The notes under the pieces are model-generated. The model saw nothing but the letters and a program-made list of their open reading frames with translations, had not been told where the DNA came from and did not search any database. From Nitrospinales bacterium (GTDB lineage: Bacteria; Nitrospinota; Nitrospinia; Nitrospinales; VA-1), in the NCBI GenBank assembly GCA_965223345.1, contig CBDCWG010000012.1, positions 2,464,001 through 2,528,000 on the forward strand: a stretch of 64,000 nt of DNA. Direction: 5' to 3'. This document shows, in pieces, positions 37,903 to 49,754 of this stretch. The first letter of the stretch is position 1. Each line of letters opens with the position of its first letter. A program made the translations under genes and the position numbers.

Positions 37903-38553
37903 TTAATCATCGATCAGCAGATGTCCAAAAAAAGCAAATATGCCAATCATGATGCCGGTCAGGAACTGAGCGTGGACAAGATAGGAGAATTTCTTCAACT
38001 CTTTGGGCGAATACCTCCATGTCAGAAACAGTCCGAACAATCCCTGCCAAAGGACCAACACCAATACAGCCGGAAAGAATAATATCTTCATCGACATACC
38101 CACCAGCGCAATGTGCAGCAGGATAATTGCAATTGTCGCGATCCCGACATACACATGGGTCCTATTCAAGAAACCAAGCAACCGCAGGGGAATCGACGCG
38201 CCGGGGCGGGGGGCGTCGTCCGGGAGGATGCGCTGTAAAAAGGTGGTTTTGCCTAGCGCCAGTTTCAATACCGTGCGGGCATAAATAAAAAGCAAGGCCC
38301 ACAACCCGACCTCACCAAACCCCTCGCCTATCTCGCTCAGGAATGTTTCCCGCTCGGGGGTGGGTGGGTACACCGTATTGGCGTACACGAAATATACGAT
38401 CGAAACGGACAGGACAATCCCTGTATAAATCAATATGCCCTTGAAACTCTTTATCACTGTGTTTTGCTTTCCTCCCGCTGCGCTAGAGGGGCACTTGAAA
38501 ACGATCTTTTTCTTTGCTTTGAAAGTTCGCTGCGGGGCGTTTGTGGAATTCAT
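37903..38553 (-). CDS. Membrane protein with several His near TM helices (possible heme b/ferric-reductase-like TM domain); start 38553 or 38457
   Basis: TM helices with RTHVY, LLHIA, LVHAQ, FGHLL. Confidence 0.6.
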   Translation of the reverse strand: MNSTNAPQRTFKAKKKIVFKCPSSAAGGKQNTVIKSFKGILIYTGIVLSVSIVYFVYANTVYPPTPERETFLSEIGEGFGEVGLWALLFIYARTVLKLALGKTTFLQRILPDDAPRPGASIPLRLLGFLNRTHVYVGIATIAIILLHIALVGMSMKILFFPAVLVLVLWQGLFGLFLTWRYSPKELKKFSYLVHAQFLTGIMIGIFAFFGHLLIDD

Positions 38554-38665
38554 CACGCCCTCATTAATCAGCGGGCGGTTCCACAAACTCTCCCGGCCTC
38601 TCAATCCCGCAAGCTCCTTGAGCCGCTCTTCTGAAAGCATTGTCTTCAGTTTCAGGTCTTGAATA

Positions 38666-38706
38666 TCACGAGTATAGGGGATGTGTTTGTAATGCACAAC
38701 GGGGAA
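38666..38706 (-). promoter_or_regulatory. Duplicated sigma70 promoter, copy B
   Basis: 41 bp identical to 39745-39785; minus strand contains TTGTGC-N17-TATACT. Confidence 0.75.
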
Positions 38707-38731
38707 TGGGGCAGGTTTGGAACACGCGCAC

Positions 38732-39526
38732 TCAATCTATTAGTTTTGGGATCTCTCCAGAAAAATCGATCCAGGAATTGGTGCCCAACAGTTTTGCCCC
38801 TTCAACACTGGGTTCTTCATAACGCATCACAAAGTTTTTGGGGCCATGGGCATAGGCAACAACCAGCCCGTATTCGGAATCCAGAAAGCCACCATGCGGC
38901 CCCAGGCCTGGATAGCTGATACGCCAACCCGGACCATTCAGTCCTACATAGCCCAAAGTCAGTTTGCCGATAACATCATCCGGTAATAAGAAGAACCACG
39001 TCCATGGACCGCCTGATACTATCGTCATCACCTCATCGATGCCCATCCCATTTTCTGCGCTGTTCACGTGGAGTTTGCCAAACTTCACCTGAAGGAAAGC
39101 CCTGACTTCCGGACTCAAGGCCTTCATATCGTAAACTTTTGGATAAGGAGGGACATCAATTTCTGAGGTCGTTAAATAACCACCCCGGTGAGCCTCAGGT
39201 TTTCGACCCGCTTTGCCAATTTCGTCAAGCAGTTCTCCTCGATGCAGAGAAAAAATCGACAACAGCTTGGCCGTTTCCTCAGGGGTTATGGCTCTGGTTT
39301 GTGAAGCTTTTAATATTGGAGAAGCCGCCTCCGGTAAAGGTAATGTGCTCACCCGGACCCCGACGGAGCGTAGCACTTTATTGATGCTTTCCAGCCCAGT
39401 GGTGGCGGGCTTCCCGTCGCTGTATGAGAGCTTGATTTTACCTTCTGATGGAAATTGATCCGCAAAACCGTGCGTTGGAAAAAATAAGAACAAGGAAAAT
39501 AGAGCCAGTTGGATCCTTTTTATCAT
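38732..39526 (-). CDS. Secreted cupin-like protein (distant acireductone dioxygenase-like motifs)
   Basis: Signal peptide; KLHVN..DEVMTIVSGG..GPHGG spacing resembles cupin metal ligands. Confidence 0.6.
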   Translation of the reverse strand: MIKRIQLALFSLFLFFPTHGFADQFPSEGKIKLSYSDGKPATTGLESINKVLRSVGVRVSTLPLPEAASPILKASQTRAITPEETAKLLSIFSLHRGELLDEIGKAGRKPEAHRGGYLTTSEIDVPPYPKVYDMKALSPEVRAFLQVKFGKLHVNSAENGMGIDEVMTIVSGGPWTWFFLLPDDVIGKLTLGYVGLNGPGWRISYPGLGPHGGFLDSEYGLVVAYAHGPKNFVMRYEEPSVEGAKLLGTNSWIDFSGEIPKLID

Positions 39527-39744
39527 TTCAGTATTTCCTCAATCATAGAACAATAAAAAAATTGAATGGAGTATGTTGGTTGACGTGGACGGTCCGCACC
39601 TGCGATTTTTGCATTTTCAATGGTGCGTTTGCGGGTTGCATCACACCTTCCTTCTCCAGGGACGATTCAACCATCTCCCCGCGGTTCCTCAATGCTGCCG
39701 TGCGACTCCTTGAACCGGTTTTTCTGAGGATGCTTTCTTGAGTT

Positions 39745-39785
39745 TCACGAGTATAGGGGATGTGTTTGTAATGCACAACGGGGAA
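39745..39785 (-). promoter_or_regulatory. Duplicated sigma70 promoter, copy A
   Basis: 41 bp identical to 38666-38706. Confidence 0.75.
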
Positions 39786-39943
39786 AGGGGCTCCGGAGGG
39801 GCAAAGCCGCATTGTTTCCACCCGCCGTTTGTGCTAAAAATAGAAAGTTTTAATGTGAGCCCGGCTGACGGGTGCGCTGCGCTGGCGCCGTCGGCGGGGC
39901 TGTTGTGCGTGTTTTTACCTTATATTGGGATTTGAATTGAGCC

Positions 39944-40315
39944 GTGTGGGTGAAAGAAGCATTCCGAGATTACTACAAGCCGAAACTCAGGCGTGAGCTG
40001 AAGCGCGATCCGACCCAGGAGGAGATGGACGCGCGCTTCGAGGAAATCTACAGCCAGGTCAACTGCACGCTGCTTGCCGGTGTGCACGAGGGCGTGGGGA
40101 TCTATTTTTACGAGATCGCCAAGTTCACGCTGGATGAGTTCAAGACGTTCCGCGACCGCCCGGAAGAATACCTGTTCGAGCGCTTCGGCGGCGGCAACTA
40201 CAAACTGAATTTCTACGAAGGGCCTTCCTTCATCGTCTGCGTGAACTTCAAACCGGAAGGCGAGCCGAAGTGGCACCACCTGCTGCCGGAAAAAGTGCGC
40301 GCGTCCATGAAGTGA
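39944..40315 (+). CDS. Hypothetical protein
   Basis: 123-aa ORF with host-like codon usage. Confidence 0.7.
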   Translation: MWVKEAFRDYYKPKLRRELKRDPTQEEMDARFEEIYSQVNCTLLAGVHEGVGIYFYEIAKFTLDEFKTFRDRPEEYLFERFGGGNYKLNFYEGPSFIVCVNFKPEGEPKWHHLLPEKVRASMK

Positions 40316-40413
40316 ATTTTTCAATGATCCTTTAACATCACGGGTTTTATCCACAACGTGAATCCGGGCTGCTGTATTTTTCTCTCCTGGCCCGCAAGTA
40401 TTTTTTATAACTC

Positions 40414-43400
40414 ATGAATCAGGCATTGAATTTCACCGGCACCGAGGCCGCCTCCTTCACGGGAGGCCTGGAAAGGCTGTGCGACTGGCTGAAAAACCCA
40501 CCGGATGCGGCAAAGTCCGTCCTGAAAGCCGAGGGGCTTGCCGGGGCGGCGCGGGCTTTGTTTCTCGCGCGCCTGCACAAGAAAACCAAAAAGCCGATCC
40601 TCGTGTTGACGGCGGACCAGAACACGGGCGAGACCCTGCTGGGCGATCTGAAATATTTTTTCCGCTACGAAAAGTGCAAGGGCGCGCCGCAGTTTTTCCC
40701 GACCTGGGAGATCCTTCCCTACGAACACATTTCCCCGCTCAACGAGGTTTCCGGCGAACGCCTGGCGATCCTGCATCAATTGATGGAAGGGACGTGCCCG
40801 TTTCTCGTGGTGCCGGTGGAAGCGCTGATGCAGAGCGTCATGCCGCGGGCGGTACTCGACCGGCACGTGTTCCCGGTCAAACGCAAGGACACGCTGGACC
40901 GCGAGCTGCTGGAGACGGTGCTGGTGGACAACGGCTACACGCGCGCCCGCATGGTCGAGGACCGCGGCGAGTTTTCCGCGCGCGGCGACATCGTCGATTT
41001 TTTCCAGCCGTTCGCCGCCAACCCGACGCGCATCGAGTTTTTCGGCGACGAGGTGGAGTCGCTCAGGCAGTTCGACATCAATTCGCAGGTGTCGATCGAC
41101 GCGCTGGAGCACGTGCAGATCCTGCCGGTGCGCGAGGTGTGCCTGGCGCCGGAGGACAGGGAACGGGCGGTGGAGCGGATTCTCGCGCGCGGGCGCGAGC
41201 AGTGCGTGGAGCCGGCCAAGCTGGCGGAGCTGACGGACAGGATCGAAAATCGCGGCGCGTTTGCAGGCATCGAGACGCTGGCGCCGTTTTTCTATGAAAG
41301 CAAGGAAACGCTGTTCGATTATTTCAGCTCCGAGTTTCTGCTGGTGGTCGATGAAGAGGAATCGGTGAGCTTAAAATGCGAGCAGTATCAGGAGCTGATC
41401 GAGACCGAATACGAAAATGCGCTGGATCGCGACGATGTGGCGGCGCGGCCGGAGGCGTTTTACCTGTCTCCAGTGGAAGTGCAGGAGCGCATGGCGCAAC
41501 TGCACGCAATCGAGCTCAATGCGCTCAAACTGTCCAGCCCGGAAGAGGAGGGCGTGGTGCAGTTTCAGGTGAAGTCGATCCCGCAACTGCGCGGCCAGTT
41601 CGAGCGCTTCGCCGAGCAGGCGCTCAAATGGGCGGAAGAGGGGATCGAGCCGGTGATCGTCGCGCCGACGCGCGGGCAGGTGCGCCGCATGCACCAGCTG
41701 CTGGACGAGTACGGCCTGAAGATGGACGTCGATCTGGGCTACATCAGCTCGGGTTTTCAGATCGGCGACCTCAACCGGGCGTTCGTGGCGGAAAGCGAGA
41801 TCTTCGGCCGCTCGCACAAACACCGCTACCGGCGCAAGCCCAAGTCGCAGAGTTTTCAGCGCGGGTTCAAGGATCTCAAGCCGGGCGATTACCTGGTGCA
41901 TATCGAATACGGCATCGGTCGCTACCTCGGCACCAAGGAAATCCAGACCGGCGTCGGCGGCGGGGAGTTTCTCGACATCCAGTACGCGGACGACGAGAAG
42001 CTGTACATTCCGATGGACGGCCTGGGTTACATCCAGCGTTTCGTCGGCGCGGGCGACGCGCCGCCGCCGCTCAGCAAGATGGGCAGCGTCGCCTGGAAGC
42101 GGCAGAAGGCCAAGGCGAAGGAGTCGATCCAGGAAATGGCGGAGGATCTGCTCAAGCTGTATGCCACGCGCGAGATGAGCGAGCGCAAGGCCTATCCCGG
42201 CAATCCGGTGGCGGGGCAGGAGTTCGCCGATTCGTTCGAATTCGAGGAAACGGAGGATCAGCTCAAGGCCATCGAGGAGCTGGAAGAGGATCTGGAAAAG
42301 GACAAGCCGATGGACCGGCTGGTGTGCGGCGATGTCGGCTACGGCAAGACCGAGGTCGCCATGCGGGCGGCGTTCAAGGTGGTGTACGAGAAAAAGCAGG
42401 TGGCGGTGCTGGTGCCGACCACGATCCTGGCGCAGCAGCACCTCAACACGTTTCAGGAGCGTTTCCGCAATTACCCGGTCACGATCGAGCAGGTGAGCCG
42501 GTTCAAAAGCGCCAAAGAGCAGAAGGAAACCCTGAAGCGGCTGGAAAAGGGCCAGGTGGACATCGTCATCGGCACGCACCGGCTGTTGTCCAAGGACGTG
42601 AAATTCGCCGATCTGGGGCTCATCATCATCGACGAGGAACAGCGCTTCGGCGTGAAGCACAAAGAGAAGCTGAAAAAACTGCGCGCCTCGGTGGACATCC
42701 TCACGCTCACCGCCACCCCCATTCCGCGCACCCTGCATTTTTCCCTCATGGGCGTCCGCGACCTCAGCGTCATCGAAACGCCGCCGATCGACCGGCTGGC
42801 GGTGAAGACCTTCGTGCGCAAGTTCGACGAAAAAGTCATCCGCGAAGCCATCCTGCGCGAGCTGGACCGCGGCGGGCAGGTATTTTTCGTGCATAATAAA
42901 GTTAAAAGCATCTATTCCGTTAAAGAATTGATTCTTTCGATCGTTCCGCATGTCCGCATCGGCATCGCGCACGGCCAGCTTCCGGAAAAGCAGCTCGAAG
43001 ACGTGATGAAGAAATTCATGGATCACGAGATCGACCTGCTTTTGGCCACCTCCATCATCGAATCGGGGCTGGACATTCCGGCGGCCAACACCATCATCAT
43101 CAACCGCGCCGATGCGTTCGGGCTGGCTCAGTTGTACCAACTGCGCGGCCGGGTCGGGCGCTACAAGCATCAGGCCTATGCGTACCTGCTGGTTCCGGGG
43201 ATGCTGGCCATCAGTTCCGAGGCGCGCAAGCGCATCGCCGCCATCGAGGAAATGAGCGAACTGGGCTCGGGGTTCCAGCTGGCGGCGCGCGACATGGAGA
43301 TCCGTGGCGTCGGCAACATGCTGGGCCACAAGCAGTCCGGGCACATCGCCAGCATCGGCTTCGACCTGTACTCCAAGCTGATCGAGGAAACGGTCAAGGA

Positions 43401-43872
43401 AATCAAGGGCGAAAAGAGCGACGTGCGGATCGAGCCGGAGATCGACCTGATGATCCGCGGGTTTTTGCCCAAGGATTACATCGAGGACCTCAACCAGCGC
43501 CTCGAGGTCTACCGGCGGGTGCAGACCATTCACGATCTGGACGAATGCGACGCGCTCACCGAGGAACTTTCCGACCGCTACGGCCCGCTGCCGGAGCCGG
43601 CGCAAAAACTGCTGGCCCTGTTGAAAATACGGGTGTTGTGCCAGAAGCTGCATTTTTCCAAGGTGGAAGTCAAAGGGGGCGACGCCTGCCTCACCATCGA
43701 ACCGGGAACGCCGATCGCCCCCGAGGTCCTCGCCGCAATGGTGGACCCCAGATTGAGATTGGCCTCGGAATTTCAAATCAATATCAAAATCGACCGTCAA
43801 GGCTGGAGGGAAGACATTGAAATCGTCGAACACTACCTGTCGGCACTCAACGAAGCGAGCGGGAAACCTTGA
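40414..43872 (+). CDS. mfd: Transcription-repair coupling factor
   Basis: UvrB-like N-terminus, GDVGYGKTEVA, DEEQRFGV, TATPIPRT, QLRGRVGR. Confidence 0.97.
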   Translation: MNQALNFTGTEAASFTGGLERLCDWLKNPPDAAKSVLKAEGLAGAARALFLARLHKKTKKPILVLTADQNTGETLLGDLKYFFRYEKCKGAPQFFPTWEILPYEHISPLNEVSGERLAILHQLMEGTCPFLVVPVEALMQSVMPRAVLDRHVFPVKRKDTLDRELLETVLVDNGYTRARMVEDRGEFSARGDIVDFFQPFAANPTRIEFFGDEVESLRQFDINSQVSIDALEHVQILPVREVCLAPEDRERAVERILARGREQCVEPAKLAELTDRIENRGAFAGIETLAPFFYESKETLFDYFSSEFLLVVDEEESVSLKCEQYQELIETEYENALDRDDVAARPEAFYLSPVEVQERMAQLHAIELNALKLSSPEEEGVVQFQVKSIPQLRGQFERFAEQALKWAEEGIEPVIVAPTRGQVRRMHQLLDEYGLKMDVDLGYISSGFQIGDLNRAFVAESEIFGRSHKHRYRRKPKSQSFQRGFKDLKPGDYLVHIEYGIGRYLGTKEIQTGVGGGEFLDIQYADDEKLYIPMDGLGYIQRFVGAGDAPPPLSKMGSVAWKRQKAKAKESIQEMAEDLLKLYATREMSERKAYPGNPVAGQEFADSFEFEETEDQLKAIEELEEDLEKDKPMDRLVCGDVGYGKTEVAMRAAFKVVYEKKQVAVLVPTTILAQQHLNTFQERFRNYPVTIEQVSRFKSAKEQKETLKRLEKGQVDIVIGTHRLLSKDVKFADLGLIIIDEEQRFGVKHKEKLKKLRASVDILTLTATPIPRTLHFSLMGVRDLSVIETPPIDRLAVKTFVRKFDEKVIREAILRELDRGGQVFFVHNKVKSIYSVKELILSIVPHVRIGIAHGQLPEKQLEDVMKKFMDHEIDLLLATSIIESGLDIPAANTIIINRADAFGLAQLYQLRGRVGRYKHQAYAYLLVPGMLAISSEARKRIAAIEEMSELGSGFQLAARDMEIRGVGNMLGHKQSGHIASIGFDLYSKLIEETVKEIKGEKSDVRIEPEIDLMIRGFLPKDYIEDLNQRLEVYRRVQTIHDLDECDALTEELSDRYGPLPEPAQKLLALLKIRVLCQKLHFSKVEVKGGDACLTIEPGTPIAPEVLAAMVDPRLRLASEFQINIKIDRQGWREDIEIVEHYLSALNEASGKP

Positions 43873-44857
43873 TTTAAAAGGCTGGAGCGGTTTTTCACCG
43901 GCGATCCGATGGGCTATACTGGGGGTGTGGGGCCTGCTGCTTGCGGCCGGATGCACCAACGGCGATTCCCCCGACGGGGTGAAGGACGAGGAGGTGATCG
44001 CCGTCATCAACGATCAGGAAGTGACGGTGGAAAAAGTCCGGCTGGAGTTGAAATCGCTGGAGAAGCGCTACCGGGTCGATCACAGGGAGGACCTGCAGGA
44101 TCACGAGTTTTTGCTGCTCAAGACCAAAGCGGTCAATGAGTTGATCCAGAACACCCTGTTTCAGCAGGCGGCGGATGAGATCGGCATTTTCGTGTCCGGC
44201 GACGAGTTCGAGGAAGCGGTGCTGAAGGCGCAGGACGGCTACCAGCAGGACACCTTCGAGAACTTCCTCGAGATCGAGGACATCTCGCGGGAAAACTGGG
44301 AGAATCGTTTGAAAAACAATCTGTTGATAAAAAAATTGATTGACAGAATGGTCAATAGTAAAGTATCGGTCAGTGAGGAAGAGATTCGGGACTATTTCGA
44401 GAAAAACAAGAAAGAGTTCCATAAAGGCAAGCAGATGCGCGCGCTGCACATCATGGTGGAAACTGAAGAGGAGGCGCTGCGCATTCAGAAGAAGTTGAAA
44501 TCAAAGGGAGCGGACTTTTCCGAGCTGGCGCGGACGCATTCTCTGGCTCCGGAAGCGGTGAACGGCGGCGATCTCGGCTATTTTGAAGAAGGCCACATGC
44601 CCGAGGAGCTGGAAGGCATCTTCAAGTTGAAGGTGGGGGAGGTCAGCAACATTATCCTCACACCCTACGGCAGCCATATTTTCAAGGTGGTGGACAAAAA
44701 ACAGGACCGCCAGATGGGGTTCGAGGAATCGCGCAAGAAAATTCACGACAAGCTGATTGCGGAACGGCGCGAAAAAGCCTTCCACGACTGGCTCAAGAAA
44801 CTGAAAGACAAAGCCCAAATTGAAATCAAACATGAAATCCTCGCGAAAATCAGCTGA
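43817..44857 (+). CDS. SurA/PrsA-like parvulin PPIase lipoprotein (start uncertain)
   Basis: LAAGC lipobox, ALHIMV, FSELARTHS, GGDLGYF, TPYGSHIFKV. Confidence 0.85.
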   Translation: MKSSNTTCRHSTKRAGNLDLKGWSGFSPAIRWAILGVWGLLLAAGCTNGDSPDGVKDEEVIAVINDQEVTVEKVRLELKSLEKRYRVDHREDLQDHEFLLLKTKAVNELIQNTLFQQAADEIGIFVSGDEFEEAVLKAQDGYQQDTFENFLEIEDISRENWENRLKNNLLIKKLIDRMVNSKVSVSEEEIRDYFEKNKKEFHKGKQMRALHIMVETEEEALRIQKKLKSKGADFSELARTHSLAPEAVNGGDLGYFEEGHMPEELEGIFKLKVGEVSNIILTPYGSHIFKVVDKKQDRQMGFEESRKKIHDKLIAERREKAFHDWLKKLKDKAQIEIKHEILAKIS

Positions 44858-46085
44858 TCGTTGGGCGCTCGCCGTCACCGCATTCGCGCTGCTGCTTATG
44901 GCGCAGCCGGCGGCGGCCAAGATCGTGGACCGCGTGATCGCCAAGGTGAACGGCGACATCATCACGCTGAGCAGCGTGGAGGAGCGGGCGGCAGTTCTGA
45001 AACAGCAGCTTGAGTTGTCCGGGGAGACGGTTCCTTCGGACAAGGAGCTGATCAAGGACACGCTCGAGCGGATCATCGAAGAAAAGCTGCAGATCCAGGA
45101 GGCGAAAAAATCCGGCCTGGAAGTGGACGACGAAGCGGTGCAGAAGGCCCTGGATGAAATCAAGACCAAGAACCGGCTCACCGAGGAGCAACTGGGACAG
45201 ATGCTGGAGCTCGAGGGCCGGTCGATGGAGCAGTACAAAGGGCACATCCGCGACCAGATCCTGGTGTCGAAGGTGGTGCGTTTTCACATGGGCAGCCAGA
45301 TCAAGGTGAAGGAAGAACAGCTGAAGAAATATTACCGCGAGCACCAGAGCGAATTCTGGATACCCAAAAAACCGTATGTGCGCCATATCCTGTTCATCAC
45401 CGACGAGACCTTCACCGAAGAACAGAAGCAGATGAAGCGCATCAAGGCCAGGAGCGTGTTGACGGAACTCGAAGCGGGCGCTGATTTTGCGGAACTGGCG
45501 AAACTGCATTCCGAAGATGTTTCCGCCAGTGCGGGCGGCGAACTCGGGTTGGTGGAAAAGGGGACGATGGTTCCCGAGTTCGAGCGCGCCGCGTTTCTGC
45601 TGCGAGAGGGGGAAACCAGCGGCCTGGTGGAATCCCGCTACGGGTTTCATATCATCAAGGTGGACAAAGTGGAGCCGGGCGGAACCCGGCCTTACAGCGA
45701 AGTCAAGGAAGCCATCCGCAGGAAACTGAGCGTCGATGTGCAGAAAGACCGCTACGAGAGCTGGATGAGCGAATTGAAGGAAAATTCCATCATCGAAATT
45801 TCCCTCGCGGACAAATCCCGGGGGGCCACTCAGGCTTCCACTTCCAAATCGCTGACGATCCAGGATGAAGACGGCGATGCCTTTTTCGATGCGGAAGAGC
45901 AGAAAGAATGGGAGGAAGCGTCCCGCTTCATTCAAAACGAGGGAGAGGGGGCGATGCCGGCGGAAAGCGATTATTTTGCAGACATGGAAAAGAAACTGAG
46001 CCGCATCAAGCAACTGCGCCGTGAGGAAAAGATCACGGAAACTGAGTATCAACGAAGAAAGCAGCGGCTATTGGATCAATTGTGA
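44832..46085 (+). CDS. surA: SurA-like chaperone/PPIase with C-terminal SHOCT-like helix
   Basis: IVDRVIAKVNGDIIT, RHILF, GGELG, SRYGFHIIKV; tail LRREEKITETEYQRRKQRLL. Confidence 0.8.
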   Translation: MKSSRKSADRWALAVTAFALLLMAQPAAAKIVDRVIAKVNGDIITLSSVEERAAVLKQQLELSGETVPSDKELIKDTLERIIEEKLQIQEAKKSGLEVDDEAVQKALDEIKTKNRLTEEQLGQMLELEGRSMEQYKGHIRDQILVSKVVRFHMGSQIKVKEEQLKKYYREHQSEFWIPKKPYVRHILFITDETFTEEQKQMKRIKARSVLTELEAGADFAELAKLHSEDVSASAGGELGLVEKGTMVPEFERAAFLLREGETSGLVESRYGFHIIKVDKVEPGGTRPYSEVKEAIRRKLSVDVQKDRYESWMSELKENSIIEISLADKSRGATQASTSKSLTIQDEDGDAFFDAEEQKEWEEASRFIQNEGEGAMPAESDYFADMEKKLSRIKQLRREEKITETEYQRRKQRLLDQL

Positions 46086-46190
46086 TTTTTGCGGGTCTCC
46101 CTCACGTTCCCCTGCGGTTTTCCCCCCTTGCGCACCGTTCGCCGGTTTTCTCCCTCTGATTCGGTCATTTTATTATCAGGAGCCCAGCGC

Positions 46191-47612
46191 ATGGGCAATC
46201 CATTGGACAAAGCCAGGATCGCCGTTTCCCGGATGATCCCGTGCGGCGATCTCGTACTGGCCGCCGTTTCCGGCGGGCCGGACTCGGTGTGCCTGCTGCA
46301 TCTGCTGAACGACCTGAAAGAGGCGGGCGGCTTCACGCTGTCAGTCGCGCATTTCAACCACCGCACACGCGGCGGCGAGTCGGACGCGGACGCCAATTTT
46401 GTGCAAACGTTGGCCGGACGGCTCGGGCTGCCCATCCACATCGGCTCGGCTGACGTGAGGCGGGAGCGGGCGGATCTCAAGACTTCTTTCCAGGAGGCCG
46501 CACGCATCCTGCGCAGCCGGTTTCTCGAATCCACACGCCAGCGCATCGGGGCCCATCGGCTGGCACTCGGACACACCGCCGACGATCAGGCGGAAACCCT
46601 GCTCATGCACCTGTTGCGCGGCAGCGGTCTCAAGGGGCTGGGCGGCATGCCGGAAGTGCGCGGCGCCATCGTGCGGCCGCTCATCGACTGCAGCCGGGAA
46701 GAAATTCTCGAATACCTGCGCAGCCGGGGGCTCGACTGGCGCACCGACTCGAGCAATCTTGCACCGGACTACCTCAGAAACCGCATCCGCCTGCAACTGA
46801 TCCCCGAGATGCAGCGCTACAACCCGAAACTGCGGGCGCGGCTCACGGAAACGGCGCGCATCCTGCGCGAAGACGAATCCTTTCTTACCGAACACACCGA
46901 AACGCTGTTTGCGCAAATCGCGCGGCCCCTCGCCGGCGGGCAGGGCGTCGCGTTCGAACGCGGCCGCTTCGCAAAGCAGCACGCGGCGATGCAAAAACGG
47001 CTGCTCAGGCGGGCCGTGGCCGGGATCGCCGGGAGCTTGCGCAAAATCGGCGCGGTGCACATCGAAGAGGCGCTGCAGCTGTTTGCGGAGGCCGAGACCG
47101 CCAAGCGCATCCACCTTCCCGGCGGGCTCACCGTATTTGTCGATGCGCAAACGATCACCGTGGAAAAGAATCCAGCAGGCGCGGGGCGCATCTTAACTGT
47201 TACGGAGCCTCTTGAGCCCGTGACTCTCAACATTCCCGGCACGACCGCCTGGAAGGAAGCGGGGATGGAGTTTCAGACCCGCATCGCTCCGGCCGGTGAG
47301 CGGATTGCGGCGCAGACGCTGCCGGGGCTTGCCTGTTTCGATTTTGAAACCACAGGTTCTTCGGTGCTGGCCCGGACCTTTCAGCCGGGCGACCGGTTCG
47401 TCCCTTTGGGAATGCAGGGTCGAAAAAAGGTGAAATCTTTCTTCATTGATGAGAAAATTCCCAGAGAGTTCCGGCGCGCCATCCCCATATTGACAACCGG
47501 GACGGGCGATATTATCTGGATTTATGGGCAGCGGATTTCCGAGCGCCACCGGGTGACGGACCGCACCCGACGGGTTTTGTGGATTAAAGGGGTTGAAATT
47601 TCGGGCCTTTAG
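46191..47612 (+). CDS. tilS: tRNA(Ile)-lysidine synthetase
   Basis: AVSGGPDS, HFNH, GHTADDQAET, DSSN..YLRNRIR. Confidence 0.95.
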   Translation: MGNPLDKARIAVSRMIPCGDLVLAAVSGGPDSVCLLHLLNDLKEAGGFTLSVAHFNHRTRGGESDADANFVQTLAGRLGLPIHIGSADVRRERADLKTSFQEAARILRSRFLESTRQRIGAHRLALGHTADDQAETLLMHLLRGSGLKGLGGMPEVRGAIVRPLIDCSREEILEYLRSRGLDWRTDSSNLAPDYLRNRIRLQLIPEMQRYNPKLRARLTETARILREDESFLTEHTETLFAQIARPLAGGQGVAFERGRFAKQHAAMQKRLLRRAVAGIAGSLRKIGAVHIEEALQLFAEAETAKRIHLPGGLTVFVDAQTITVEKNPAGAGRILTVTEPLEPVTLNIPGTTAWKEAGMEFQTRIAPAGERIAAQTLPGLACFDFETTGSSVLARTFQPGDRFVPLGMQGRKKVKSFFIDEKIPREFRRAIPILTTGTGDIIWIYGQRISERHRVTDRTRRVLWIKGVEISGL

Positions 47613-47696
47613 GGGCTCAAGAATCGGCCCCCTTCACCCGGCATTTGTGTTAAACTGAAGTTCCGGTTGGAATGATTCTTCATAAAGGAGAAGGCT

Positions 47697-49628
<1,932 letters not shown>

Positions 49629-49662
49629 CGGAGAGCGTTCCTGAGATCCTAACGACTCAAAG

Positions 49663-49712
49663 ACTCCATCTTTCAGCACGGGAATTTCCGGCTGGGAGAT
49701 GGAGTTTTTTTT
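49663..49712 (+). terminator. Terminator after ftsH
   Basis: ACTCCATCT..AGATGGAGT stem plus T tract. Confidence 0.7.
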
Positions 49713-49754
49713 GTCTTGCACGGGCGCGATTTGGGTTAAATTAGTGCAGGAAAA

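Noticed and set aside
38530..39785. Assignment of the duplicated leader to cobalamin, TPP, FMN, fluoride, guanidine, NiCo or c-di-GMP riboswitch classes
   Set aside because: Their hallmark consensus motifs were not found by eye; kept as an unassigned candidate pending an Rfam search.
41371..44010. Long antisense ORFs (this 879-aa one, also 2417-4321, 9370-11088, 11817-13640, 52536-54365, 61219-63141)
   Set aside because: Shadow frames of well-supported genes, expected from GC-rich codon bias; no recognisable motifs.
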